46,475 nucleotides of DNA from Francisellaceae bacterium (GTDB lineage Bacteria > Pseudomonadota > Gammaproteobacteria > UBA6186 > Azoamicaceae), in assembly GCA_028293705.1 (NCBI GenBank), contig JAQGOH010000069.1, positions 1 to 46,475 on the forward strand. The letters run 5' to 3'. This document shows positions 1 to 9,007 of the stretch, in pieces. Both the position numbers and the translations under genes were made by a program. The first letter of the stretch is position 1. Every line of letters begins with the position of its first letter. The notes beneath the pieces were generated by a model, which made no database searches, was not told the DNA's origin, and saw only the letters and a program-made list of their open reading frames with translations.

Positions 1-2
1 TG

Positions 3-389
3 GGAGAAAAGGATAATAATTATAAATGGAATAATTATATCAATCGATATCATTTTAGGCATATAGATTTAATGGATGTTTTATCCAGTTATAATAATAG
101 AGCTATTACTTCTTTAGAAACGATTGCTATTTTATTAGGCCTACCTGGAAAAATGGGGATGTCAGGAGCGCAAGTATACCAATCCTATTGTGAGAAGGAT
201 TTAAAAAGCATTCGCCATTATTGTGAGACGGATGTACTTAATACTTATTTGGTTTATTTGCGTTTTGAATTAATGCGTGGAAATTTAAATGTTGAAACTC
301 ATGAAATAGAGTGTGAAAAATTGAAAGCACAGCTTAAACTTTCTTCCAAACCACATTTCCATGAGTTTTTAAGACACTGGGAAAAATAA
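3..389 (+). CDS. 3'-5' exonuclease, PolB-exonuclease-like family, C-terminal fragment (5' end outside the window)
   Basis: The reading frame is open from nt 3 at the window edge (GEKDNNYKWNNYINRYHFRHIDLMDVL...), so the ATG at 72 is probably internal. 'HYCETDV' fits a Y-x3-D ExoIII-type motif. The overall C-terminal region resembles the COG3298 / DNA_pol_B_exo2 family, recalled from memory only. Confidence 0.5.
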   Translation, partial: GEKDNNYKWNNYINRYHFRHIDLMDVLSSYNNRAITSLETIAILLGLPGKMGMSGAQVYQSYCEKDLKSIRHYCETDVLNTYLVYLRFELMRGNLNVETHEIECEKLKAQLKLSSKPHFHEFLRHWEK

Positions 390-391
390 TT

Positions 392-646
392 TTATAACTT
401 AGACCGAAATTTAAGTTCTGTAACTTTTTGCTTATCAAATTTATCCTTATTTTTAAAACTTTCTTTCCAGTTTTGGCCTATAAGCTCAGCGGCTATAATG
501 GCTAGTTTTTTCGCCTCAGAGTTGTGCTCTTTGCTAAAGGTATATTTATTTAAGATTTCGGTAAGTTTAGTTTGCTGTATCATCCCGCAATTGGTTGTAC
601 TTCTAAAAAGTAGAGGCTTTTCAAAGGGGTTATCTGGAAGTGTCAT
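392..646 (-). CDS. hypothetical small protein (84 aa)
   Basis: This ORF fills the gap between two plus-strand genes. It is lysine-rich, has no recognisable motif and no clear RBS was checked. It could be real or spurious. Confidence 0.3.
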   Translation of the reverse strand: MTLPDNPFEKPLLFRSTTNCGMIQQTKLTEILNKYTFSKEHNSEAKKLAIIAAELIGQNWKESFKNKDKFDKQKVTELKFRSKL

Positions 647-768
647 AGTCGTCTTCAGTTAAGTTTGGTAACTTAAGTTTAGTAAAGAATAGCTAAAAAA
701 GGTGAATTTCTATACTATGGTATTTTTTTTTAAATAAAAGCCCGAAAACTAAAAGTAGAGTAAAAGAA

Positions 769-2109
769 ATGCAGCAAAATATCCTATCTAAAAAATCAGT
801 TAATCATAATAATTTAATTACTGAGATAAAAAGTTTAAGCCATGATGCTAAAGGTGTGGCTTTTTATGAAGGAAAAGTTCTTTTTGTTGAGGGGGCGCTA
901 CCGGAAGAAACGATTTCTTTTAATTACACTAAAAGAAAGTCCACCTTTGATGAAGCCCGGATATTAGAAACAATAAAAGTTTCTTCTGAAAGGGTGGATC
1001 CAAAATGTCTTCATTTTGGAGTCTGTGGTGGGTGTTCTTTGCAGCATTTATCTAGTAAAGGACAAATTTTTAATAAAGAAAAAATATTGTTAGAGCAACT
1101 TATGCATTTAGGTAAGGTTAAACCGGAACTTGTTTTACCACCCATCCAAGCTAAAACCTGGGGATATCGGAAAAAAGCTCGATTAGGGGTTAAATTTGTT
1201 CACAAAAAAAATAAAGTTTTAATTGGTTTTAGAGAAAAAAGAACTAATAAATTAACCGATATTCAATATTGCGAAGTTCTAATTCCAGAGGTAGCTAAGC
1301 TATTAATACCTTTTAGTGAATTATTAATGAAACTTAACTGTAAAGATAGCATTGCTCAAATAGAAGTTGCCTCAGGGGATGATTCTGTGGCTTGGATCAT
1401 ACGACATTTATCAAGCATACAACCTGAGGAAATAAAAACCATTATTGAATTCGCTAAATGTCATGATATCCAACTATACTTACAACCCAAGGGCCTTGAT
1501 AGTATTCATAAAGTATGGCCTTTAGATAATGTTAATCGTTTAAAATATACTATTAAATGTGAAAATATAAATATTGTTTTCCATCCTGCTGATTTTACTC
1601 AAGTTAATAAAGAAATTAATGATCTTATGGTAGAACAGGCGCTTAACTTATTAGAGCTTAAAGAGACGGATACGGTTTTAGATTTATTTTGTGGGATAGG
1701 TAATTTCACTTTACCCTTGGCTAAACGAGCACGGTTTGTAACAGGGATAGAAGGCGGCTTAAGCATGGTCGAACGGGGTTATGAAAATGCGAATTTAAAT
1801 TCAATAGAAAATGTTGAATTCTTTTGTCATGATTTAACCCAACCATTGGATAAGTTAGAGTGTTTTAAACGACAATACGATAAAGTGTTGCTCGATCCAC
1901 CTCGCAGTGGTGCTTTTGAAATTTTGCCCATATTGGGCAAATTAAAGCCTAAGCGTATCGTTTATGTTTCTTGTCAACCAGCTACCCTGGCTCGAGATGC
2001 TAATTACTTGGTAAATGTATTGAATTATAAATTTAAAAGCGTTACTGCTTTAGATATGTTCCCTCATACAAATCATGTTGAAGCAATGGCCTTATTCGAA
2101 ATAGGATAA
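769..2109 (+). CDS. rlmD: 23S rRNA (uracil1939-C5)-methyltransferase RlmD/RumA
   Basis: 446 aa with an N-terminal TRAM-like region. It has the Fe-S cluster cysteines 'CLHFGVCGGCSLQH' plus a later Cys ('YCEV'), the SAM-binding 'VLDLFCGIGNFTLPLA', and the C-terminal 'DPPRSG...YVSCQPATLARD...DMFPHTNHVE' signature of the RumA family. Confidence 0.9.
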   Translation: MQQNILSKKSVNHNNLITEIKSLSHDAKGVAFYEGKVLFVEGALPEETISFNYTKRKSTFDEARILETIKVSSERVDPKCLHFGVCGGCSLQHLSSKGQIFNKEKILLEQLMHLGKVKPELVLPPIQAKTWGYRKKARLGVKFVHKKNKVLIGFREKRTNKLTDIQYCEVLIPEVAKLLIPFSELLMKLNCKDSIAQIEVASGDDSVAWIIRHLSSIQPEEIKTIIEFAKCHDIQLYLQPKGLDSIHKVWPLDNVNRLKYTIKCENINIVFHPADFTQVNKEINDLMVEQALNLLELKETDTVLDLFCGIGNFTLPLAKRARFVTGIEGGLSMVERGYENANLNSIENVEFFCHDLTQPLDKLECFKRQYDKVLLDPPRSGAFEILPILGKLKPKRIVYVSCQPATLARDANYLVNVLNYKFKSVTALDMFPHTNHVEAMALFEIG

Positions 2110-2154
2110 TTTAGGGATTATATTTCTTTTAGTTTTATGACTTATCAAATAAAA

Positions 2155-2880
2155 TTAAATACCTTCTTGTTCGAAATGTTCTGGATTAATATTTCGTTTT
2201 TGATAATAAGATTGTATAACCGTTAATACTTCATCTGCAGTATCGACTACTTTAAAAAGCTTAAGGTCTTGTTCATCAATCATCCCTTCAACTTGCAGCT
2301 TATTTTTGAACCAGGCAATTAAATCTTTCCAGAAATCTTTAACCACCAAAATTACAGGGATACGTTTGGCCTTCCCAGTTTGGATGAGGGTTAGTATCTC
2401 TGCCAATTCATCCAGGGTGCCAAATCCTCCAGGCATTACTACAAAGGCGGTAGCATATTTAACGAACATGACTTTTCGGGTAAAAAAATGTCTAAAACGT
2501 AAAGATATATCTTGATATTTATTATTGTTTTCATGAGTGGGCAGCACTATATTTAGTCCCACACTGGTTGCTTTTCCAAGAAAAGCACCTTTATTACCAG
2601 CTTCCATTAACCCCTGCCCACCTCCTGTCACCACTGAAAATCCCTCATTGGATAATTTTTCAGTGATGGATACCGTTAAGGTATAGAAGGGATGATCGGG
2701 TAGGAGTCTGGCTGAACCAAAAATACTGACTGAGGGTTTAATGTGAGCTAATCGTTCGAAGCCTTCTACGAACTCAGCAATAACTTGGAAAATTTTCCAT
2801 GATTCAGGGCTTAATAAGGAATCATTAATTGAAGGAGCTTTAGGCCTTGGGATCGATTCAGTCGGTAAATCTTTTGGCAT
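2155..2880 (-). CDS. LOG-family (TIGR00730) Rossmann-fold nucleotide/cytokinin-riboside-5'-monophosphate phosphoribohydrolase-like protein
   Basis: 241 aa. 'VVTGGGQGLMEAGNKGA' and 'MPGGFGTLDELAEILTLIQTG' are the two hallmark LOG/lysine-decarboxylase-like motifs (GGGxGxM and PGGxGTxxE). Confidence 0.85.
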   Translation of the reverse strand: MPKDLPTESIPRPKAPSINDSLLSPESWKIFQVIAEFVEGFERLAHIKPSVSIFGSARLLPDHPFYTLTVSITEKLSNEGFSVVTGGGQGLMEAGNKGAFLGKATSVGLNIVLPTHENNNKYQDISLRFRHFFTRKVMFVKYATAFVVMPGGFGTLDELAEILTLIQTGKAKRIPVILVVKDFWKDLIAWFKNKLQVEGMIDEQDLKLFKVVDTADEVLTVIQSYYQKRNINPEHFEQEGI

Positions 2881-2992
2881 AGTACAATCTCTAATAAAGT
2901 TATATTTATAATTATAGCATCCTATAACAATTTAGATTTTAGGATAATTAAAATGTATAATCTTATCAAATTAGGTAATAGGTTATAGAACA

Positions 2993-5641
2993 ATGCAAGA
3001 TTCAGAATTTCAGCTACGACAAGATGTTAAACTTTTAGGAAATTTATTAGGCAAAATACTTAAAGAACAGGAAGGAATTAATATCTATGATAAAATTGAA
3101 GAGATAAGAAAACTAGCGAAAGATTATAAGAACGAACCTGAAAAAGTATTTAATCAATTACAGCAAATGATAAATCCAATGAATAATAAAGAGTTATTGA
3201 CCATAACGCGTGCTTTTACACAATTTTTAAATCTAACTAATATAGCCCAGCAATACCACCGTATAAGACGTAATCGATATTATCAAAGGCTACCTTTAAA
3301 AGGCGCTCAGCCAGGTTCCTTAGTAAAGAGTTTTCAAACCCTTAAAGAGAGAGGGGTTTCTTCTACAGATATCTATCAAGCTATATTAAAATTAGATATT
3401 CAATTAGTGTTAACCGCTCATCCCACTGAGGTAATACGTCGGACTTTAATCCATAAATATGATAAAATTTCCAGAAACTTAGAATTATTAGATAAGAAAG
3501 ACTTATCGAGTAAAGATACTGAAATTTTAATCAATGCTCTTCAGTTAGAAATAACCGCCTGTTGGCTTAGCGAAGAAATAAGAACCAATAAACCAACCCC
3601 TATCGATGAAGCTAAATGGGGGTTTTCGGTTATCGAGAATAGCTTATGGCAAGCTGTACCTGCTTTTATGAGAGAACTGAATGAGGAAGTGCTGGCTTGT
3701 ACCGGTCAAAATTTTCCCTTAAGCTTTTCCCCGATAAGGTTTGGTTCCTGGATGGGAGGGGATAGAGATGGGAATCCTAATGTGACACCAGAGGTCACCG
3801 CTCGGGCCATCTGGCTGGCAAGATGGATGGCAGCAGATCTTTATGAAAAGGAAATTTATGCTTTAAGACAAGAATTATCAATGGAAGATGCAAGCGAGCG
3901 TTTAAAAGAAAGAGTGAATTTTGCTAAAGAACCTTACCGAGTTTTATTAAAAGAATTATTAAATAAATTTATAAAAGCAAAAACTTCTATCGAGGCCTAT
4001 TTATATCAAGAAACTCCAATTGATTATTTATTACCAAAAGAAGAAGTCTCTGACATATTAATGCTCTGTTATCAATCCCTATGTGAAAAAAATGCCGAAA
4101 TTATTGCCAATGACCGTTTAAAAGATTTTATATACCGATTTTCCTGTTTTGGCTTACAACTTGTCCCCCTCGATTTGAGAGAAGAAGCAAGCCAGCACGA
4201 GGAATTATTAGAAGAAGTGTGCCTAAATCTTAATTTAGGCAGCTTTAAGGATAGGACAGACCAACAACAAATAGATTTTTTAATCAATTATTTAAACTCA
4301 AATGAATCTTTAGGTCTTAAAGGTATTCATTTAAGTGAAAAATCTGAAAAAGTTTTTAATTTGTTTAAACTAATTAATACGCTTCCACGGGATGGATTTG
4401 GTTCTTATATTATTTCTCAAACCAAAAAACCTCAAGATGTCCTTATTGTATATTTGTTACAAAAAGAAGCTTTGATAACAGAATTTTTACCCGTTGTTCC
4501 CTTATTTGAAACCTTAAATGATTTAAATAATGCCCCTTTATGTATGCAACGATTATTCAACCTAAAAATCTATCAAGCTATCATTCAAGGTCGTCAAGAA
4601 ATTATGATTGGATATTCAGATTCAGCTAAAGATGCTGGGTTTTTAGCTGCTGCCTGGGCTCAGTATAAGGCACAAGAGGCTCTAATTGATGTTGGACATC
4701 AATTTAATATCAAGGTTCAATTATTTCATGGTAGGGGAGGCACAATAGGAAGAGGGGGGTGGCCAACCCATGTAGCGATTCGTTCTCAGCCTGCTAATAC
4801 TTTAACTGGAAAAATGCGTGTGACCGAACAAGGCGAAGTCATTAGAAATAAATTTGGATTGCCAGATATCGCTAAGCGGACCCTTTCAGTCTATATGACC
4901 TCTTTATTAGAGGCTATGTTAATACCGCCTCGAAATCCAAAAAAATCTTGGTATGGCTATATGGATAAAATTACAGAAATTTCTAAAACTCATTATGAAA
5001 ATTTAATTAAATTCACTCCTAATTTTTTTAATTATTTTGTTCAAGCAACTCCTATCTTAGAATTAGGACGGTTGACGATTGGAAGTAGGCCACAAAGACG
5101 ACAAAAGCTTACAGGGGTAGAAGGATTACGTGCTATACCATGGATTTTTTCCTGGACACAAAATCGTTTATTATTGCCCTCTTGGCTATCTATGCTTGAA
5201 GCTTTTAATGAACGTTTAACTCAGGTAAGTAAAGAACAAATTCAGGAAATGGTAGAAAATTGGCCATTTTTTGTTTCTATTTTAAATATGACCGAAATGG
5301 TTTTATCAAAAGCGGACATTCAAATTGCTAAAGCCTATGATGAAAGATTGGTTGATAAACCACTACTAGAGTTAGGAAAAAATTTAAGAGAGTTGTTTAT
5401 TAAAACAAATAATGAGATACTCTCGGTCTTAAATGTAAAGAAATTATTAAGCAAGGAGCCATCTCTTGCTCGCTCTATAGAAGTTCGTAAACCTTATGTC
5501 ACTGTTTTGAATGTTTTACAAATAGAGCTTTTAGCCAGGAATAGGCTAAATGAATTAAATAGGGAAGATATGAATATTTTAGAAAGGACACTTATGATAA
5601 GTATTAATGGCATAGCGGCAGGTATGCGCAATACTGGTTAA
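2993..5641 (+). CDS. ppc: phosphoenolpyruvate carboxylase
   Basis: 882 aa with 'VLTAHPTEVIRRT', 'GSWMGGDRDGNP', 'MIGYSDSAKDAGFLAA', 'FHGRGGTIGRGG' and the C-terminal '...GMRNTG'. These are all canonical PEPC signatures. Confidence 0.95.
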   Translation: MQDSEFQLRQDVKLLGNLLGKILKEQEGINIYDKIEEIRKLAKDYKNEPEKVFNQLQQMINPMNNKELLTITRAFTQFLNLTNIAQQYHRIRRNRYYQRLPLKGAQPGSLVKSFQTLKERGVSSTDIYQAILKLDIQLVLTAHPTEVIRRTLIHKYDKISRNLELLDKKDLSSKDTEILINALQLEITACWLSEEIRTNKPTPIDEAKWGFSVIENSLWQAVPAFMRELNEEVLACTGQNFPLSFSPIRFGSWMGGDRDGNPNVTPEVTARAIWLARWMAADLYEKEIYALRQELSMEDASERLKERVNFAKEPYRVLLKELLNKFIKAKTSIEAYLYQETPIDYLLPKEEVSDILMLCYQSLCEKNAEIIANDRLKDFIYRFSCFGLQLVPLDLREEASQHEELLEEVCLNLNLGSFKDRTDQQQIDFLINYLNSNESLGLKGIHLSEKSEKVFNLFKLINTLPRDGFGSYIISQTKKPQDVLIVYLLQKEALITEFLPVVPLFETLNDLNNAPLCMQRLFNLKIYQAIIQGRQEIMIGYSDSAKDAGFLAAAWAQYKAQEALIDVGHQFNIKVQLFHGRGGTIGRGGWPTHVAIRSQPANTLTGKMRVTEQGEVIRNKFGLPDIAKRTLSVYMTSLLEAMLIPPRNPKKSWYGYMDKITEISKTHYENLIKFTPNFFNYFVQATPILELGRLTIGSRPQRRQKLTGVEGLRAIPWIFSWTQNRLLLPSWLSMLEAFNERLTQVSKEQIQEMVENWPFFVSILNMTEMVLSKADIQIAKAYDERLVDKPLLELGKNLRELFIKTNNEILSVLNVKKLLSKEPSLARSIEVRKPYVTVLNVLQIELLARNRLNELNREDMNILERTLMISINGIAAGMRNTG

Positions 5642-5695
5642 TAAAGTCAATAATCTTTTTTATTTTTTCTATTATAAATTCAGGGGGTATGAGGT

Positions 5696-6352
5696 ATGCG
5701 TATTATTTTATTAGGTGCCCCAGGGGCCGGTAAAGGCACGCAAGCTGAGTTTTTATGTCAGCATTTTGCTATTCCAAAAATTTCTACCGGGGATATGCTA
5801 CGAGAAGCCATTCGCTTACAAAATCCCTTAGGAATTTTAGCCGCAAGTATAATTGCTAAAGGCGAATTAATTAATGACGATCTCATAATAGGTCTTGTGC
5901 AAGAAAGATTAAATAAAGCTGATTGTAATTCGGGTTTTTTATTAGATGGATTTCCGAGAACGCTTGCTCAAGCCTCGGCATTACAAGATGCTCATATCGA
6001 AATTGACTCTGTAGTAGAGATTGAAGTTTCTGATAACTGTATCATTAATAGGCTAAGTGGAAGAAGGATACATGAACCTTCTGGAAGGACTTATCATTTA
6101 GACTTTAATCCACCTAAAATAAAGAATTTAGATGATCTTACTTTAGAGCCACTTATTCAAAGAGAGGATGATAAGGAGGCTGTAATCCGTCAAAGATTAG
6201 CGATTTATCATCAACAAACATCTCCAGTCATTAACTGGTATAGAAATTATATACCCCATTTTAATGAAAAAATTCCAAAGTATATAAAAATTTCTGGTGA
6301 GGAAGGGGTTGAGGTGATAAAAAAACGGATTTTAGAATGTATAAATTCTTAA
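5696..6352 (+). CDS. adk: adenylate kinase
   Basis: 218 aa with the P-loop 'GAPGAGKGTQ', 'ISTGDMLR' and 'GFLLDGFPRT'. The LID segment 'GRRIHEPSGRTYHLDFNPP' lacks zinc cysteines, the Gram-negative type. Confidence 0.95.
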   Translation: MRIILLGAPGAGKGTQAEFLCQHFAIPKISTGDMLREAIRLQNPLGILAASIIAKGELINDDLIIGLVQERLNKADCNSGFLLDGFPRTLAQASALQDAHIEIDSVVEIEVSDNCIINRLSGRRIHEPSGRTYHLDFNPPKIKNLDDLTLEPLIQREDDKEAVIRQRLAIYHQQTSPVINWYRNYIPHFNEKIPKYIKISGEEGVEVIKKRILECINS

Positions 6353-6524
6353 AGTTTGAGCTTTATAAAATCTAAAATAAGCAAAAAAATTCAATTATTA
6401 TTAATTATCTTAAAAAAATATTAAAAAAAATTAATTTTTGTAAAATTAGGGTATGTACAAACACTGTATTTGTGCTATGTTTGTATTGTCAATCTGTTCG
6501 CATATCGTTATAGGAGAAAATATT

Positions 6525-7100
6525 ATGGCAACTGTTAAAGGTAAAACTTCTTCAACTGATGAAGAGACCAAAGTAAAATCCACCGCTAAAAAGCGTACGG
6601 CTAAAAAAGCAACTGCTAAAAAAACTGGCGTTAAAAAAGCCGCTACCAGAAAACCTGCTGCTAAAAAAGCAACCACTGCTAAAAAAATTGGCGTTAAGAA
6701 AGCAACCGCTGCTAAGAAAACTGGCGTTAAAAAAGCAACGACCGCTAAGAAAACTGGTGTTAAGAAAGCAACGACTGCTAAGAAAACTGGCGTTAAGAAA
6801 GCAACGACTGCTAAGAAAACCGGTGTTAAGAAAGCAACGACTGCTAAGAAAACCGGTGTTAAAAAAGCAACCGCTGCTAAAAAAACTGGTGTTAAGAAAG
6901 CAACAACTGCTAAGAAAACTGGCGTTAAGAAAGCAACGACTGCTAAAAAAGCTCCAGCTAAAAAAACAGCTGTTAAGCGTAAAACAACTACTGCCCCTAA
7001 AGCTGCTGCTCCAAAAGCAAGAAAAGCAGCTGGTAGAAGTACCGCTAAGAGAGCTTCTACACGAAGAAGCACTGCTAGTCGTAAAAAAGCGGCAGCCTAA
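6525..7100 (+). CDS. histone H1-like, lysine/alanine/threonine-rich DNA-binding protein (cf. Coxiella Hq1, Chlamydia Hc1/Hc2, Bordetella BpH1, Pseudomonas AlgP class)
   Basis: The preferred start is ATG 6525, preceded by AGGAGA at 6512-6517. The track ORF start at 6453 adds a Cys-rich leader with no RBS. The 191-aa product is dominated by K, A and T with reiterated AKKTGVKKATT units and no hydrophobic core. Confidence 0.8.
   Translation: MATVKGKTSSTDEETKVKSTAKKRTAKKATAKKTGVKKAATRKPAAKKATTAKKIGVKKATAAKKTGVKKATTAKKTGVKKATTAKKTGVKKATTAKKTGVKKATTAKKTGVKKATAAKKTGVKKATTAKKTGVKKATTAKKAPAKKTAVKRKTTTAPKAAAPKARKAAGRSTAKRASTRRSTASRKKAAA
6678..6941 (+). repeat. 8 x 33-bp in-frame tandem repeat (unit encodes AKK[T/I]GVKKAT[T/A]) inside the histone-like gene, with degenerate copies flanking from about 6591 to 6965
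   Basis: Read directly: gct aag aaa act ggc gtt aag aaa gca acg act is reiterated head-to-tail. Copies differ mostly at synonymous third positions (aaa/aag, ggc/ggt, act/acc). Confidence 0.9.
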
Positions 7101-7114
7101 GGCAAATTACCTGT

Positions 7115-7175
7115 CCCCATTACTTGTTAGGGACTAAGCAAGTGTTTAGTTCCCATATAGAAGTATGTAATGGGG
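7115..7175 (+). terminator. compound hairpin downstream of the histone-like gene (possible terminator)
   Basis: CCCCATTAC (7115-7123) pairs with GTAATGGGG (7167-7175). An inner imperfect stem GGGACTAA / TTAGTTCCC lies inside. No clean U-tract follows, so terminator function is uncertain. Confidence 0.3.
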
Positions 7176-7240
7176 CGGTTTAAGATATTTACTAAGATTT
7201 CTTAAATATTAAAGACTGATAGCTGTTTTATAAAGTCCTC

Positions 7241-7249
7241 TGTTATAAT
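7241..7249 (+). promoter_or_regulatory. extended -10 element TGTTATAAT upstream of tsaB
   Basis: A perfect TATAAT at 7244-7249 is preceded by TGT, matching the TGn extended -10. It lies about 25 nt upstream of the tsaB ATG. No good -35 was found. Confidence 0.3.
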
Positions 7250-7273
7250 ATCGTTTTGAAAAACAGAGTTTTT

Positions 7274-7876
7274 ATGAAAATCAATCTACTGGCTATCGAT
7301 ACTACTACTGAGGCATGTTCCTTAGCTCTTTATACGGGCGGGGAAATAACTTCGCACTTCGAAATAGCCCCTCAAAAGCATACGGGGCTAATCTTACCTT
7401 TAATAAATAATCTTTTAAAATTAAATTCTATAACCATAAAAGAGGTTGATTTATTAACTTTTTGTAGAGGGCCTGGTAGTTTCACAGGGGTACGAATAGC
7501 CACTAGCCTGGTCCAAGGCCTTTCCTTAGGCTTACAAAAGCCTGTACTGCCCATTTCAACTTTACGGACGATAGCTCAAGGTGCTTACCGTAAGAAACAG
7601 GTAAGTAAAGTATTGTCAAAAATTGATGCTCGTATGTCGGAAATATATTGGGGTCTTTTCGAATTAGATAAGTATGGCATTATGCAAGCTATAGAAAGCG
7701 AACAAGTATCAAGCAATGAAAATATAAATTTTGATAGTCATAAACAGTATTATGCAACAGATGAATTACCCGATGCGCAAGATCTCATCCCTCTTGCTTT
7801 AGCCGATTATGAAAAAGGGCTTGCCGTTCTACCAGAACAAGCCCAACCTATCTATGTCAGAGATAAAGTTGTTTGA
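7274..7876 (+). CDS. tsaB: tRNA N6-threonylcarbamoyladenosine biosynthesis protein TsaB (YeaZ)
   Basis: 'MKINLLAIDTTTEACSLAL' and 'FCRGPGSFTGVRIATSLVQGL' are typical of the YeaZ/TsaB family. ATG 7274 is preferred over the TTG at 7256 used by the ORF track. Confidence 0.85.
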   Translation: MKINLLAIDTTTEACSLALYTGGEITSHFEIAPQKHTGLILPLINNLLKLNSITIKEVDLLTFCRGPGSFTGVRIATSLVQGLSLGLQKPVLPISTLRTIAQGAYRKKQVSKVLSKIDARMSEIYWGLFELDKYGIMQAIESEQVSSNENINFDSHKQYYATDELPDAQDLIPLALADYEKGLAVLPEQAQPIYVRDKVV

Positions 7877-7885
7877 TTCAATTGA

Positions 7886-8977
7886 TTAAACATTAAAACG
7901 AAAATGCACGACATCTCCATCTTTGACGATATATTCCTTACCTTCTAAGCGCCATTTTCCTGCATCTTTTGCGCCTTGTTCGCCTTTATAAGTGATAAAA
8001 TCATCAAAGCTAATGATCTCTGCTCTAATAAATCCTTTCTCAAAATCAGTATGAATACATCCTGCGGCTTGCGGCGCAGTAGCGTTAAGGGGGATTGTCC
8101 AAGCCCTTACTTCTTTTACCCCTGCAGTAAAATAGGTTTGTAATTTAAGGAGGTCATAGCCAGCACGAATAACCCGGTTCAATCCAGGTTCGGTTAAATT
8201 TAAACTTAATAAAAATTCTTGCTTTTCACTTTCTTCTAATTGAGCGATTTCGGATTCTATTGCAGCACAAATACTTACTACAGTGGCCCCTTCTTGAATT
8301 GCTTTTGCTTTGACTTTATCTAGATAAGGATTATTTTCAAAACCATTTTCATCAACATTTGCAACGAACATGACCGGTTTTGCAGTTAACAATTGTAATG
8401 ACTTAAAATAAGGTTTTAGAAGATCTGAAACTGGTAAGGTTCTAGCTGGTAATCCTTTAGCTAAATGGTTTTTTAAGGATTCTAAAAGGTTCTTTTCTTC
8501 TACTAATGTTTTATTGCCACTTTTGGCATTTTTTTGAGCTTTGAAAAGTGCTCTTTCAATGGCTTCAAGATCCGCCAACATTAATTCGGTATCGATAACT
8601 TCGATATCGTCTAATGGATCAATACGACCATTAACATGAATAATATCAGAATCATCAAAACATCTTACAATATGTGCGATAGCTTCTGTTTCTCGAATAT
8701 TAGCTAAGAATTGATTCCCCAGTCCTTCTCCTTTAGAAGCCCCTTTTACTAAGCCTGCAATATCTACAAATTCCATGGTAGTGGGTATAATTTTTTCAGG
8801 TTTAACGATTTCGGCTAATTGATTTAGACGTAGATCAGGCATGGGCACAATTCCCACGTTGGGCTCAATAGTACAGAAAGGGTAATTTTGAGCTTCAATT
8901 TGAGCCTTTGTTAAAGCATTGAAAAGGGTGGATTTTCCTACATTAGGAAGACCTACAATTCCACATTTAAATCCCAT
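7886..8977 (-). CDS. ychF: ribosome-binding ATPase YchF
   Basis: 363 aa with '[23 protein letters not shown]', '[10 protein letters not shown]', '[21 protein letters not shown]' and the C-terminal TGS-like 'RAWTI..G..APQAAG.IH.DFE.GFIRAE'. Confidence 0.95.
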   Translation of the reverse strand: MGFKCGIVGLPNVGKSTLFNALTKAQIEAQNYPFCTIEPNVGIVPMPDLRLNQLAEIVKPEKIIPTTMEFVDIAGLVKGASKGEGLGNQFLANIRETEAIAHIVRCFDDSDIIHVNGRIDPLDDIEVIDTELMLADLEAIERALFKAQKNAKSGNKTLVEEKNLLESLKNHLAKGLPARTLPVSDLLKPYFKSLQLLTAKPVMFVANVDENGFENNPYLDKVKAKAIQEGATVVSICAAIESEIAQLEESEKQEFLLSLNLTEPGLNRVIRAGYDLLKLQTYFTAGVKEVRAWTIPLNATAPQAAGCIHTDFEKGFIRAEIISFDDFITYKGEQGAKDAGKWRLEGKEYIVKDGDVVHFRFNV

Positions 8978-9007
8978 GTTTCACCTATAAATATAAACAT
9001 TGCATTC

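Noticed and set aside
6453-6524. N-terminal extension 'MYKHCICAMFVLSICSHIVIGENI' of the histone-like ORF as given in the ORF track.
   Set aside because: It has no RBS, a Cys-rich unstructured sequence, and it contains the inverted repeat in the leader. ATG 6525 has AGGAGA at ideal spacing.
6678-6941. The regular short tandem repeats were checked as a possible CRISPR array.
   Set aside because: The units are contiguous with no unique spacers, have a 33-bp period, are in-frame and coding, and no cas genes are nearby.
6446-7137. Two long ORFs overlapping the histone-like gene: 6446..7072 on the minus strand (208 aa, 'AFLTPVFLAVV' repeats) and 6688..7137 in another plus frame (149 aa, 'LRKQRLLRK' repeats).
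   Set aside because: These are ghost ORFs created by the stop-free 33-bp repeat being read in other frames. They have no RBS, a low-complexity product and full overlap with the frame that has a strong RBS.
7256-7273. TTG start for tsaB used by the ORF track.
   Set aside because: The in-frame ATG 18 nt downstream gives the canonical 'MKINLLAIDT' YeaZ N-terminus. The extension adds nothing conserved.
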